Assembly (NCBI GenBank): GCA_943788175.1
Contig: CALSPG010000007.1
Location: forward strand, 346,258-410,257
Direction of reading: 5' to 3'
Length of the DNA: 64,000 bases
Source: an uncultured bacterium
GTDB taxonomy: Bacteria > Fidelibacterota > Marinisomatia > Marinisomatales > UBA1611
In this document: one piece after another, positions 31,088-41,839 of the stretch
How the letters are laid out: each line of letters starts with the position of its first letter
Numbering within the stretch: the stretch's first letter is position 1
Notes under the pieces: model-generated
Told to the model about the DNA's origin: nothing
What the model saw: only the letters and a program-made list of their open reading frames with translations
Databases searched by the model: none
Translations under genes and position numbers: made by a program

Positions 31088-31683
31088 ATAGTTGGTGGTC
31101 TATCACTAGCATACCACACCCACATTTGTCCTCTTTTTAATTCCCGCATTTTTATTATTACCCAAAACGATAGTACAACCCATGAAAGTACATAACCTGT
31201 CAAGGCGCCAAATAGTATGTCTAAAGGGTAATGTACACCAACGTAAACCCTAGAATAAGCTATTATAGAAGCAGAAACAAATAGGATAAGCTTTTTTCTT
31301 TCATAAAAATAGGATAGCACTGTCGCAAATGCAAAACTGTTAGCTGCATGATTTGAGGGAAAACTCCATTTGCCACCTTTTTTAACCAGCAAATTAATAT
31401 AATCAATAAACTCGTGCGATGGTCTTATTCTTCCAACCCATGGTTTAATTATTTGTGCGCATATTGCATCCGACATTCCTGCTGCAAATAATAAAACTAA
31501 AAGAGTAATTTTCCCTCTTTTACCGCAAAAGAAACCAAGATAAATAATTAGAATAACTCCAATCACCGTTAAAAAATCTTTACTAGTGATTATAGGCATG
31601 ATTATATCAAAAAATGAATTGGAGATGCTTTTATTTAAAAATACCATCAATGCTTTATCTATTTCGAGGATTTTATCTAACAT
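31084..31683 (-). CDS. PAP2 family phosphatase
   Basis: KPWVGRIRP, SFPSNHA, SRVYVGVHYPLD. Confidence 0.88.
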   Translation of the reverse strand: MLDKILEIDKALMVFLNKSISNSFFDIIMPIITSKDFLTVIGVILIIYLGFFCGKRGKITLLVLLFAAGMSDAICAQIIKPWVGRIRPSHEFIDYINLLVKKGGKWSFPSNHAANSFAFATVLSYFYERKKLILFVSASIIAYSRVYVGVHYPLDILFGALTGYVLSWVVLSFWVIIKMRELKRGQMWVWYASDRPPTI

Positions 31684-31797
31684 CAAGATTGGCTATAATT
31701 ATAATAAATAAAAATGGAAGGCTAGAATGAGTTATGCTGTTCTATTAACGAGCATTCAGCGTTATCATTTATTCTTTATAGTTTGTAAAATTTAATT

Positions 31798-34700
31798 TTA
31801 AAGCTTTGTCTCTAATCTCAGCATCATAACTCTACCCAGGGATGGACCACCAATTATTTCAGTATGATTGTGATCTAAAATATTATTGATTGTAAAGTTC
31901 ATTTTTATATTTTTATTGATTTGATAACCAAGGTGTAAATCGAAAATCGAATAAGCATTAATCTTTCCATAATAAATACCAGATGACCAATCAAAACTAT
32001 CAACATACCTTCCATTAAAAGATACTGTTAATGGAATCTTGGTGGGGTTGTATTGTAGTTTTAACCCCGCTTTGTGCTTTGGAGAGTTTACAGACTCTTT
32101 AGCTTTTGTTAATGGATTTAAGAACTCATTTGTACCCATAAAAGAGTAAGTCATATCCATATTCCATTTTCTGCTTAGAAAAACAGTTAGACTAGCATCA
32201 AAGCCCCAGATATCAACTTCTCCGTAGTTTAAAAAGCCGATTATAACGGGTGGAGGAGCTCCAGGAAGAGTATCGCTAGTAGCTGTTACGCCTACTAACC
32301 CTTGTCGCCAAAAGTCTAAGGCTTCATCGTAGTCTTCTTGGTCATTAATTACAACTTGACCATCTGCGCCATCAATATTTGTTATCCCGTTTCCATTGTA
32401 ATCATCTGTTAAAATAGACTTTCCTTAATACTAGAGGGCTAATAAATGTAGCTCCACTTACAAAGCTTGTGTAATGACTAGTATAAAGGTCTAAAGTACC
32501 AAACATATTACTTGCCAAGCGTCCTTTATAGCCGACTTCCCATGTGCTTACAATTTCTGGCTCAAGCTCGGGTTGATCTTGAATTTTACCAGCAAAATAG
32601 CCTTTAATTTTTGGGTCGACTGAAGGAAAGAAAAATATTTTAGTAGAGTCCATTGGTCTGTAAAGACCCTCTTCAAACTCAAACCAAACATTTTTACCTG
32701 CCTGGTTTGTAGTATAATTATATCCGCCGTAAGAACCTTTTGCATACACTTTAAAAATAGATAGTCTTGTTACAAAAATGTCCAGGAAAAGAGCTTGATT
32801 AGAAGGAGTATTGAAAGCTTTTGCCCATGTCAGTCTGAAATTCTGATTTTCTTTAGGTTTAAAAGAAAGCCCAAACTTCGGAGATATTTGTAACCCGTCT
32901 GTTTTGTCAAAATTAAAGTTCCAATTGGTAGGACTATAAGAATCGTTATAGCCTTGATTGTTAAACTCTACAAAGTTTGTAAGTCTATCATGAACATCTA
33001 ACCTCGTTGCTTGTATGAACTCTAATTTGTCATTTATCTTCCAGTTAAGCTGATAATATGCGCCAAATTCATTGACCTTGTAACGGTTGTCTTCAGCTCG
33101 TTCATCGATACCCTCATCAATATTTTCATCTGTTTTTCCATCGCCATCATTATCAATGCCGTCAGCATAAACAAAAATATGAGTACCATTTATTAGTCTT
33201 GCACCTTCTTCAACGGCATCAATACCAACATCAAAAACACCGTTTCCATTATTCTCGGTCCAAGGGTATCCATTTCCATCCACATCGTTAAAATCATCGC
33301 TATCACGATCATTATCAAGTTTATCACTTACCGCACCTTGAACATTGTCTCCTGAAAATAGAATAGCATCATAGGGGTTTGAACCCCAAACAGAAATAGG
33401 GCTATAATTTGAAATTTGATTTGAAGAATCAATATTTCTGAAAGCTTCACCTTCTTCAAAGTAAAAGCTGTCATCGGCGTCATAAAAAAAGTTAGGAGAA
33501 CCCGCTTCTCCGTTTCCATTATTATCTCTTTTATCTGTTAAATCTCTATCTGATAGTATTGAACCTTTAGTATCAGGTAAAGTAAGAAAATAGTCAAACC
33601 CCCAAACAAACCTGAGGTCGCCATTCATTTTTTCTATGAAATGTTGCAGTTGTAAACTGAATTTTTTTGATCGATCATATATGATACCGCCAGTAGCTAA
33701 GTTCCTTGTAGCTCTATCTGATTCTCCAGAAAAGCTTGAATTTAAATATGTCTGTAAAAATAGATTTTTATATCGAAATTTTCCTTGGTAGTAACGATAT
33801 ACCCAGCCGTCTGCTAAATATCTAGCTATTCCAGTTATATTAATATTTCTTGCCCATGCGTAACCATGAGATAGGCTAGCTGTAATATCTGAATTGGGTT
33901 CCCAATCTAATCGGAAATCATAACGAACATTTTTAACGTTAAAATCAGGGAAGTCATTAATGCCATCATCATTTGCATCATACCTGATTTTTGGAAGGCC
34001 ACCATAATTCATGATGAAATCTGCTTCATCATTTTCATCGATTGTACCATCTTCATCATTATCAATACCATCAGAACGCCAGTTGTCGTTGTATTCACCA
34101 TTATTATTTGTATCAAAAATAATATTTCCTTCATCGTCAAATTTATATTCGCCAAACCCTCCCTTAGCTATATCCCAAGTTCCATAATATGTGCCGAATC
34201 TTTCTAACCAAGTTGTGCCGGTTTCATCTTCTTCATCAACTTCACCATCGCCATCATTATCGATACCATCAAACCAAATTTCACCAGGCTCATCTATGCC
34301 TAAGTCAATGCCTTCATCGATTGATCCATCACCATCGTTATCTACGCCGTCAATATAACCTCTTCCAACGTCTTCATATCCAATATCATATAGTACAATA
34401 CCATTGTCTAGGATAAACCGTCTATAGGGGTCATTCATTGCCACCTGCACCATTGCGGAATCTATAATTGGAGATCCTGCCTCTGCATCAGTGAAAATTA
34501 AATTATCAACACCATCACCAATTTTTGGGCCAGTCCAATTATCAAGTTCTCCAGAGCCCCAGCTTAAATTTTCATCAATAAAACCATTCCCGTTGTCATC
34601 TTTTCCATTGCCATCAATTTCACCGGTCAACCATTCTACTGGCATCCTTGGACTACCGAACTCACCCGCATTGGCACCATCTTCAACGCGGTTATGAATT

Positions 34701-35626
34701 AAATTAGCTCTTCCAATAAAGGAAGGGGAGTGACCTTCGTATTCATCTTCATTATAATGTTCCCAGTCTTCACCTGTCAAGGCTACAGCGGAAATCTTTA
34801 TACCAAAGTTGTTAAATTTATGTGCAGTCCTAAATGTGTACTTTTCGAGAGGCCGAGTATTTTTTTGGCTCAAATAGCCAGTTTGAAAATTGAATTTAGT
34901 ACCTTGAGATCTTAAAGGTGAACTCGTTACAATATTTAAAACGCCACTGTGCGCATTTGGACCATATAACGCAGAAGAAGGCCCTAAGACTACTTCTATC
35001 TGCTCTACATCATCAAAAGAGACAGGGATGACATTATAAGCCGTTAACCTCAAAGATGGAACATTTGCCATCCTTCCATCAGTTAAAGTAAGAAGCCTTG
35101 AGCTGAAAGATGAGTTAAACCCCCTAGCGGTCATATTATAACTATCCACACCTGACTGAGTAAAGTCTATACCTTTTGTTCCTTTTAAATAATCTCCTAA
35201 GTTTGTGTTACTCTCTCTTCTTATTTCTTTTTTTGAAATAATAGAAATTGCTGCAGGCGCATCTTCGACTCTCTCTCGCCTCCTTGATGCAGTAACAACA
35301 TATTCATCGAGTTTTATTGCTTCAGGTTCTAATAATATTGTAATGGAACCATCTTCGTATGGTATCGTCACTGGTTTCTTATATGTTGAATAACCCATAT
35401 ATGAGGCGATGACAGTATAAGTGCCTGCATTAATTTTTTCGATGCTAAATCTTCCATCAGCATCTGATGCAGATCCTAAAGTGGTACCTTCTAACGTAAT
35501 ATTTGCAAAAGGTAAAACAGATTTATTTGATGCGTCTAAAATTTGGCCATCAAGTTTAAAATTTTGGGCAAATGTGATTTGCGCTGCAATGAAAAGCGTA
35601 ATAAAAATAAGTTTTTTATAGTTCAT
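31798..35626 (-). CDS. TonB-dependent receptor with N-terminal carboxypeptidase-regulatory-like domain and Asp/Gly-rich insertions; apparent frameshift near 32421
   Basis: LDEYVVTASRR, plug IEVVLGPSSALYG, LEPEIVSTWEVGYKG. Removing one A in agg-aaa-gtc gives an open frame (RKSILTDDYNGNG...NYGEVDIWGFD) into ORF 31798..32160 (FDLHLGYQ...NNILD...GRVMMLRLETKL). Confidence 0.88.
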
Positions 35627-35633
35627 AGATTCC

Positions 35634-35670
35634 AAAAAAAACAGCCTCTTGATATCAAGAGGCTGTTTTT
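35634..35670. terminator. perfect 34-bp palindrome with flanking U-tracts (intrinsic terminator)
   Basis: aaaaacagcctcttgat|atcaagaggctgttttt at 35637-35670, with an A8 run on the left. Confidence 0.85.
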
Positions 35671-35698
35671 ATAATGTTGAGTTATTGAATTGCTAAGT

Positions 35699-37600
35699 CT
35701 ACTTCAAGAATAACATTTTACCTTGCAGTCTTCTTCCATCCGATTCGATATCATACAAATACATTCCAGTTGGAACAATTTTACCATTTGTATTTCTACC
35801 ATTCCAACTAACATCATATGCACCAGCATTAACTGGCTTATTCATGATTGTTGCAACTTTTTCACCAGTAAGCGCATATACAGTTACTTTAACATTACTG
35901 TTACGATCATTGGTAAAACGTATCTTTGTTGTTGGGTTAAATGGGTTTGGATAATTTCCTTTTAATTCGAAACGATCAACTGTAATACTGTTGTCATCAA
36001 TGGCAGATAGTGCACCCATGTATGTCCAGTGAGAGTTTACTCGTTGAGTCCACTTAGCTGGAAAACAATTTGCATAGCTTTGTGCTTTTACTCTACCACC
36101 TTTATTGTTCCATAGTACACCATACTCCATAGCTTCCGCTAGATCAAAGTCAATCATTGAAAGATCATGTCCGGAATCATCAACAATTATGGGAGTATCA
36201 TCATAATAAAGTAAAGGTGTGCCTGCTGCAGTAAGAGCGGCCTGTACATTTGTTACGGCACCTTGTATAAAAGGTAGTAAAGCACCACCAATCTGTTCAA
36301 AGCTCAATCCCGCAGTAGCCCAAGCTGTTACTTGAGCAATAGCAGCATCACGAAAAGATGTACCCTGGGCATCGACAGGAGCTGCCTTAAGAGTAGCTAC
36401 AGAGGCATCATCAAATTCCCAATAATAAGTAGTCCACTCTATTACAGAGTCCACAACTGCAGCCATTGTTGGAGCATTAGGGAAAGCATCCATTGCTGCT
36501 TCCTCAACACCATCTGCAATACCATTCATCGTAATAAGAGTGTTCCAAGTAGCGTAATAACCTGTAAACATTAATGCTTCATCACCACTAAACATTTCGC
36601 CATCGCCGCCACCAAGTAAATCACCAACTGGATCAAAAACGTAGAAAATATTTGTATCAAGAGCGCCAAAACCTGGTGTTCCATCAGGAGTTTCTACACC
36701 TTCACCACCAACCATGTATGGATTTACATCTGGGACATTAATTGTTATACCCATTGTAGACGCTAAATTTGCTATCGCTGGAATAGTAACAGAGTCAACA
36801 GGGACCGAACTTCTACCCAGCATTCCATTTAAAAGACCCAAGTCTGCTTCAGCTTGTACAAAGAATGGATCGCCATCACTTACAATACCCAAATTAGCAG
36901 ATTCACTGTCATGAGCTTCCCAGCCAATATTTAGTCCATCTATTGCAGAATAAGTATCATCTGTATAATTTGCTTGAATGTATCCCCAGCTTTCCATTTG
37001 AGTTCCAGCGCCATAGTCAGTTCCTAATACATGGTTAACCATGTCAGGAGCTTCGAAAGTAGCAAAAACGCCAGAGGTAATAATTCCCCAACCCCATCTA
37101 ACCTTGTTTCCAGGTAAGAGTGCAGGATCATAACCACCGTTGGTCCATGTCCCAGCATCTTGGATTGGTAAAAACACTTGATCTGTAACACAATCAACAG
37201 TGTTGGTAGTAGGATAAACACTTCCTTGGTTAATTGTATAAGCGCCATCTGAAAAATCAGTGTTTAGCCCTAATCCGAATGCACTTAGTGCAGCAGCAGA
37301 TCCTAAAGGCACTTCCGTGACTACCATAGTGTCACCAACACTCCAATATGGTAGAGCAAAGTCAAACAGACTTGTTTCGCCAGCAACCGGCCAGCCAATC
37401 AAAACTTCATATGTACCTGCTGAATCATCATATGTAGTAGTGTAATCAGCGCCATCGTTACCAGTTTGAACCATGTCTCTGGATACAATAGTATACTCTA
37501 CGACAAGACTATCAAGTTCAAAATTACCATCGATAGACTGTGCTGATAGGTAAGAAAAATTTATAATAATTGATAAAAAAACGAATAACAGTTTTTTCAT
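35699..37600 (-). CDS. acidic secreted/surface protein with C-terminal T9SS-type A sorting/FlgD-Ig domain
   Basis: Signal peptide; FELKGNYPNPFNPTTKI...WNGRNTNGKIVPTGMYLY...KMLFLK; strong SD aaggagga upstream. Confidence 0.85.
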   Translation of the reverse strand: MKKLLFVFLSIIINFSYLSAQSIDGNFELDSLVVEYTIVSRDMVQTGNDGADYTTTYDDSAGTYEVLIGWPVAGETSLFDFALPYWSVGDTMVVTEVPLGSAAALSAFGLGLNTDFSDGAYTINQGSVYPTTNTVDCVTDQVFLPIQDAGTWTNGGYDPALLPGNKVRWGWGIITSGVFATFEAPDMVNHVLGTDYGAGTQMESWGYIQANYTDDTYSAIDGLNIGWEAHDSESANLGIVSDGDPFFVQAEADLGLLNGMLGRSSVPVDSVTIPAIANLASTMGITINVPDVNPYMVGGEGVETPDGTPGFGALDTNIFYVFDPVGDLLGGGDGEMFSGDEALMFTGYYATWNTLITMNGIADGVEEAAMDAFPNAPTMAAVVDSVIEWTTYYWEFDDASVATLKAAPVDAQGTSFRDAAIAQVTAWATAGLSFEQIGGALLPFIQGAVTNVQAALTAAGTPLLYYDDTPIIVDDSGHDLSMIDFDLAEAMEYGVLWNNKGGRVKAQSYANCFPAKWTQRVNSHWTYMGALSAIDDNSITVDRFELKGNYPNPFNPTTKIRFTNDRNSNVKVTVYALTGEKVATIMNKPVNAGAYDVSWNGRNTNGKIVPTGMYLYDIESDGRRLQGKMLFLK

Positions 37601-37880
37601 TTACTCCTCCTTGTGTTTGTTCCAACTAAATTCCGTAACAGTTACGGCAATGAATTAACATTATCCCCAAAACTAAATAAATAAGCAGTATTTATCAAAG
37701 GGCTTTATTTTTTTTGATTTGACCTTGCCCATAGCATCCATAACGAGTATAAAAAAAGAATGCTCCCAAGAACAAAAACTGCATTTAATAATATGCTTTG
37801 TATCATAAATAATTACCGTGAGTTTTTTTTAATGTATAAATAATTGTTAAGTTTAGATATAATATATATAATCATATTAC

Positions 37881-38642
37881 ATGAAAATCGCAGTATTAGT
37901 AAAACAAGTTGTAGGCTCAGAGTCCTCCCTAGATATATCTCCAGATAATAAATGGATAGATGAATCTAATGCAACGTTTGTAATGAACCCTCCGGATAGC
38001 TATGCTATTGAGGAAGCAATGAATATTAAAGAGAAAATTGGAGAGGGTGAAGTTGTCATTGTTTCAATGGGCGCTGACAGCGTACAGAAAGTAATTAGAG
38101 AAGCCTTATCAAAGGGTGCCGATAGAGGTATCCATGTTCAAACTGATGGCACCGCTTTTATTGACCCCCTAAATACAGCGAAAAATATTGTGTCAGCCTT
38201 AGATGGAGAAAATTTTGATTTAATATTATCAGGCTTACAGTCTGATGATACAGGTATGGGGCAAACGGGTGTTTTAGTAGGTGAACTATTAAATATGTCA
38301 ACGGCAACGCTTGCCATTGAAACTGATATCGATTCGGAACATATTAGAGTCAAACGAGAGTTAGAATCTGGCTGGTTTCAGTGGGTTAGGCTCGAGTCTC
38401 CTGCTTCGATTAGCATTCAATCAGGCATAAATCAACCGAGATACCCTTCGCTAAAAGGTATTATGGGTGCCAAGAAAAAAGAAATAAAAGTTGTCCCATT
38501 GTCTGTTCATGAAACGAAGCAAGAAGTAGAAAAAATTTCGATTCCTCAAAAGTCTAAAGAAACAGAAATAATTAACACAGACATTGATTCCTCTGTTAAA
38601 AGAATCGTAGAAATTTTAAAGTCTGAAGTGAAAGTATTTTAG
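37881..38642 (+). CDS. etfB: electron transfer flavoprotein beta subunit
   Basis: MKIAVLVKQV, MNPPDSYAIEEA, GADRG, NQPRYPSLKGIMGAKKK. Confidence 0.93.
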   Translation: MKIAVLVKQVVGSESSLDISPDNKWIDESNATFVMNPPDSYAIEEAMNIKEKIGEGEVVIVSMGADSVQKVIREALSKGADRGIHVQTDGTAFIDPLNTAKNIVSALDGENFDLILSGLQSDDTGMGQTGVLVGELLNMSTATLAIETDIDSEHIRVKRELESGWFQWVRLESPASISIQSGINQPRYPSLKGIMGAKKKEIKVVPLSVHETKQEVEKISIPQKSKETEIINTDIDSSVKRIVEILKSEVKVF

Positions 38643-38644
38643 TC

Positions 38645-39589
38645 ATGAAGTCTTTGGTTATTATAGAGCATAAAAATGGTGTTTTACACCGAATGAGTAG
38701 AGAAGCCATTTCCGGTGCTCAGAAAATCGGCGGAGATATCACAGCATTAGTTATTGGAGAAAACGCTGAATCGATTTCTAGTGAGTTGTCTAATTTTAAA
38801 ATTGAAAAAACTATTATAGTTAATCACGAGCTCGTTCCTTATTATAATGTTGACGGATATAAAGAGATTATTAAACAAGTAGTCAATACAATTTCACCGG
38901 ATATTATAATTACGGGTCATACCTATCAGGCCAGAGATTTTATGCCAAGAATTAGTGCAGCACTTGATATACCGTTCATTCCTGATATAGTAGAACTCGA
39001 AGATAGTATTTATATAAAACAGGTTTTAAACTCAAAATTAAATGCATCAATATCTTCATCATCAGATAGGGTGCTTATTAGTTTTCAATCTGCTAGTTTT
39101 AGTGAGGAAGATGTTATCAAAGGTTCTAGTAGTTCTGAATCCTTTGATGTAGACCTTGATTCTTCTTCAATTAAATCCAAGTCAGATGACCCCTTCCAAG
39201 AATCTGCATCAGAAGTTGATTTAGAAAGCGCCGAATTAATTGTTTCTGTTGGACGCGGCATAGAAAAAGAAGAAAACAAATCAATCGCTTTCGAATTGGC
39301 AGAAGTAATTGGAGCAGAAGTATCAGCGAGTAGGCCAGTTGTAGATGCTGGATGGCTTCCTAGTTCTAGACAAGTTGGGAGTTCTGGTAGCACGGTTAGC
39401 CCTAAGCTATATCTCTCGCTCGGTGTTTCAGGTGCAATTCAGCATGTTGTAGGAATGAAAGGCTCTAAAAATATTTTAGCGATTAATAAAGACTCTGATG
39501 CGCCTATTTTTGAGATTGCAGATTATGCTGTTGTTGGAGATCTTTTAGAAATTGTGCCTAAGCTTATTGCCACTCTTAAAGACTCTTAA
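38645..39589 (+). CDS. etfA: electron transfer flavoprotein alpha subunit
   Basis: VSVGRG, ASRPVVDAGW, QVGSSG, GVSGAIQHVVGM, AINKD. Confidence 0.93.
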   Translation: MKSLVIIEHKNGVLHRMSREAISGAQKIGGDITALVIGENAESISSELSNFKIEKTIIVNHELVPYYNVDGYKEIIKQVVNTISPDIIITGHTYQARDFMPRISAALDIPFIPDIVELEDSIYIKQVLNSKLNASISSSSDRVLISFQSASFSEEDVIKGSSSSESFDVDLDSSSIKSKSDDPFQESASEVDLESAELIVSVGRGIEKEENKSIAFELAEVIGAEVSASRPVVDAGWLPSSRQVGSSGSTVSPKLYLSLGVSGAIQHVVGMKGSKNILAINKDSDAPIFEIADYAVVGDLLEIVPKLIATLKDS

Positions 39590-39713
39590 ACTTTCTAGTT
39601 TCAAACTATTCCCGTTTTACTTTTTTACTATAGATTATGCTCGTATAATTAATATAGTTTATCAAAGTGGTATTTTGATAGCAGTTGACATAACAAGAAG
39701 GGAAGTATACTAG

Positions 39714-41729
39714 TTGCTCTCAAACATTGAAAAAATAATTTTTATCATAATTGCTATCAGTGCATTCGGCGCTTCTTATGTTACCTTTGGTAAAATGTTT
39801 AAAGTCATTAGCGTTGGTTCTCAGCCAATTGATTGGAAAAAAGCACTATGGAATTTTCCAAAAGGCTTGAAAGTATTTATTAGTCAAAACACCCTTTTCA
39901 AGACCAGGCCTATTGTTGGTTTTATTCATGCTCTAGTAGCATGGGGTTTTACGCTTTATTTAATCGTGAATGTCGTTGACGTTTTATACGGCTTCATACC
40001 TGACTTTCATTTTTTTCCAAATTATTTGATTGGCAAGGTTTATCGGCTTTTTGTTGATATCTTTACAGTGTTAGTTCTTGTCGGAGTTCTTTATTTTTTA
40101 ATAAGAAGATTTATTTTAAATGATAGCAGGTTACTAATAAATGAACCAGTAATGCTAAGCGAGGAAGCAAGAATTGGCATGAGAAATGACTCGTTGTTAG
40201 TTGGGTTATTTATTTTTGCGCATGTGGGTGCACGATTTCTATCAGCAAGCTTTGAGATTGCAAAAAATGGAGTTGATTATTTCCAGCCAGCAGCGACAAC
40301 AGTTTCCTTATTATGGTCTAATTTATCTTCAGATAATATTATTCTATTTGAGCATATTAGCTGGTGGGTCGCGCTGGGGTTAATATTGGGATTTTTACCT
40401 TATTTCCCATTCAGCAAGCACGCTCATTTATTTATGGGGCCACTGAATTACATGGTTAAGGAAGAAAGGTCTTCCATGGCAGCTATAGAAACAATTGATT
40501 TTGAAGATGATTCAATTGATCAATTTGGGGCAGGGCAAATCAATCATCTACCGCAATCTAACCTCTTGGATGCCTATGCATGTATACAATGTAGTCGTTG
40601 TCAGGATGCTTGTCCTGCTTATGAAACAGGTAAGGAGTTATCGCCATCGGCACTAGAAATAAATAAGCGCTATTTTTTAAATAACCATTTGGATGAGTTC
40701 ATCGACGGCTCAATACCTGACTCTTCTATTACAAATCATTTGCTAACAGATGAAGCGGCTTGGAGTTGTACTACATGTGGGTATTGCGTTGAGGTATGTC
40801 CAGTTGGAAACGAGCCAATGATTGATATCTTAAGGGCTCGTCAAAATCTCGTCATGATGGAAAGTAAATTTCCTCAAGAAGCAATGGAGACTTTTGATAA
40901 AATAGAAAACTATGGTAACCCATGGGGCCTTAGTCCAAATGAAAGAGAAGTATGGATGGAAGGTCGTGAAGTTCCACTTATGAGAGAAAAAAAGGAAGCT
41001 GAAGTATTATATTGGGCTGGATGTGCAGGTGCATATGATAGTAGAGGCAAAGAAATTTCACAGGCAGTTGTAGACGTGCTCAAAGAAGCCAAAGTCGATT
41101 TTGCATCTTTAGGAAATGAAGAAACATGTACAGGTGATTCAGCTAGGAGGATAGGAAATGAATACTTATTTCAAACCATGGCAGAAAAAAACTTGGAAAC
41201 ATTTGGTAAATATAAATTTAAAAAAATTGTTACCCAATGTCCGCACTGCTTTACAACGTTAAAAAATGATTACGCAGAACTCGGAGCTGATCTTGAAGTT
41301 GTACACCACTCCCAATATATAGGTCAGTTAGTCACTGAAGGAAAGATAAATCCAAAAGCATGGATGGATGAAGATGTTACGTATCATGATGCATGCTATC
41401 TTGGCCGTCACAATGATGAATATGATGCCCCAAGAGACGTGATTCAATCAATCATGAAAGATGGCAAACTCAAAGAAATGGAAAAATCTAGAGAAGAGAG
41501 CTTTTGTTGTGGTGCTGGCGGAGGAAATATGTGGTATGAAATAAAAACTGGTGAAAGAATAAATCATAACCGGTTTAAACAAGCCGCTGAAACTGGAGCA
41601 ACTACAGTTGCAACTGCATGCAACTTTTGTAACATAATGATGGAAGATGGAATGAAAGTAACGGGGAACGATGAAAATATGAAAGTAATGGATATTGCAG
41701 AACTTGTATCAAAAAGTTTAGCGAGGTAG
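39714..41729 (+). CDS. membrane-bound Fe-S oxidoreductase (FadF/HdrD-like; candidate ETF:quinone oxidoreductase)
   Basis: N-terminal TM domain with FSKHAH, two CxxCxxCxxxCP ferredoxin motifs, CCG domains (TQCPHC, YHDACYLGR, CCGAGGG); lies next to etfBA. Confidence 0.85.
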   Translation: MLSNIEKIIFIIIAISAFGASYVTFGKMFKVISVGSQPIDWKKALWNFPKGLKVFISQNTLFKTRPIVGFIHALVAWGFTLYLIVNVVDVLYGFIPDFHFFPNYLIGKVYRLFVDIFTVLVLVGVLYFLIRRFILNDSRLLINEPVMLSEEARIGMRNDSLLVGLFIFAHVGARFLSASFEIAKNGVDYFQPAATTVSLLWSNLSSDNIILFEHISWWVALGLILGFLPYFPFSKHAHLFMGPLNYMVKEERSSMAAIETIDFEDDSIDQFGAGQINHLPQSNLLDAYACIQCSRCQDACPAYETGKELSPSALEINKRYFLNNHLDEFIDGSIPDSSITNHLLTDEAAWSCTTCGYCVEVCPVGNEPMIDILRARQNLVMMESKFPQEAMETFDKIENYGNPWGLSPNEREVWMEGREVPLMREKKEAEVLYWAGCAGAYDSRGKEISQAVVDVLKEAKVDFASLGNEETCTGDSARRIGNEYLFQTMAEKNLETFGKYKFKKIVTQCPHCFTTLKNDYAELGADLEVVHHSQYIGQLVTEGKINPKAWMDEDVTYHDACYLGRHNDEYDAPRDVIQSIMKDGKLKEMEKSREESFCCGAGGGNMWYEIKTGERINHNRFKQAAETGATTVATACNFCNIMMEDGMKVTGNDENMKVMDIAELVSKSLAR

Positions 41730-41813
41730 CGCTTTAATTCTTGCTAGGAATCCTTCCAAAGCCAAGATTCCAAAAACAACTGAAAGGCCTACCATCAGTG
41801 CTGGATTATCCAT
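41718..41813 (-). CDS. possible 31-aa single-pass membrane microprotein
   Basis: ATG..TAA ORF MDNPALMVGLSVVFGILALEGFLARIKALPR filling an otherwise empty gap. Confidence 0.35.
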   Translation of the reverse strand: MDNPALMVGLSVVFGILALEGFLARIKALPR

Positions 41814-41839
41814 TAACTAAACTGACTTGAAAAATATAA

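Noticed and set aside
31720-31775. Imperfect hairpin (aatga..atgctg / cagcgt..tcatt) between the PAP2 gene and the TonB receptor
   Set aside because: Pairing is short and interrupted, and no ncRNA or riboswitch motif is recognisable.
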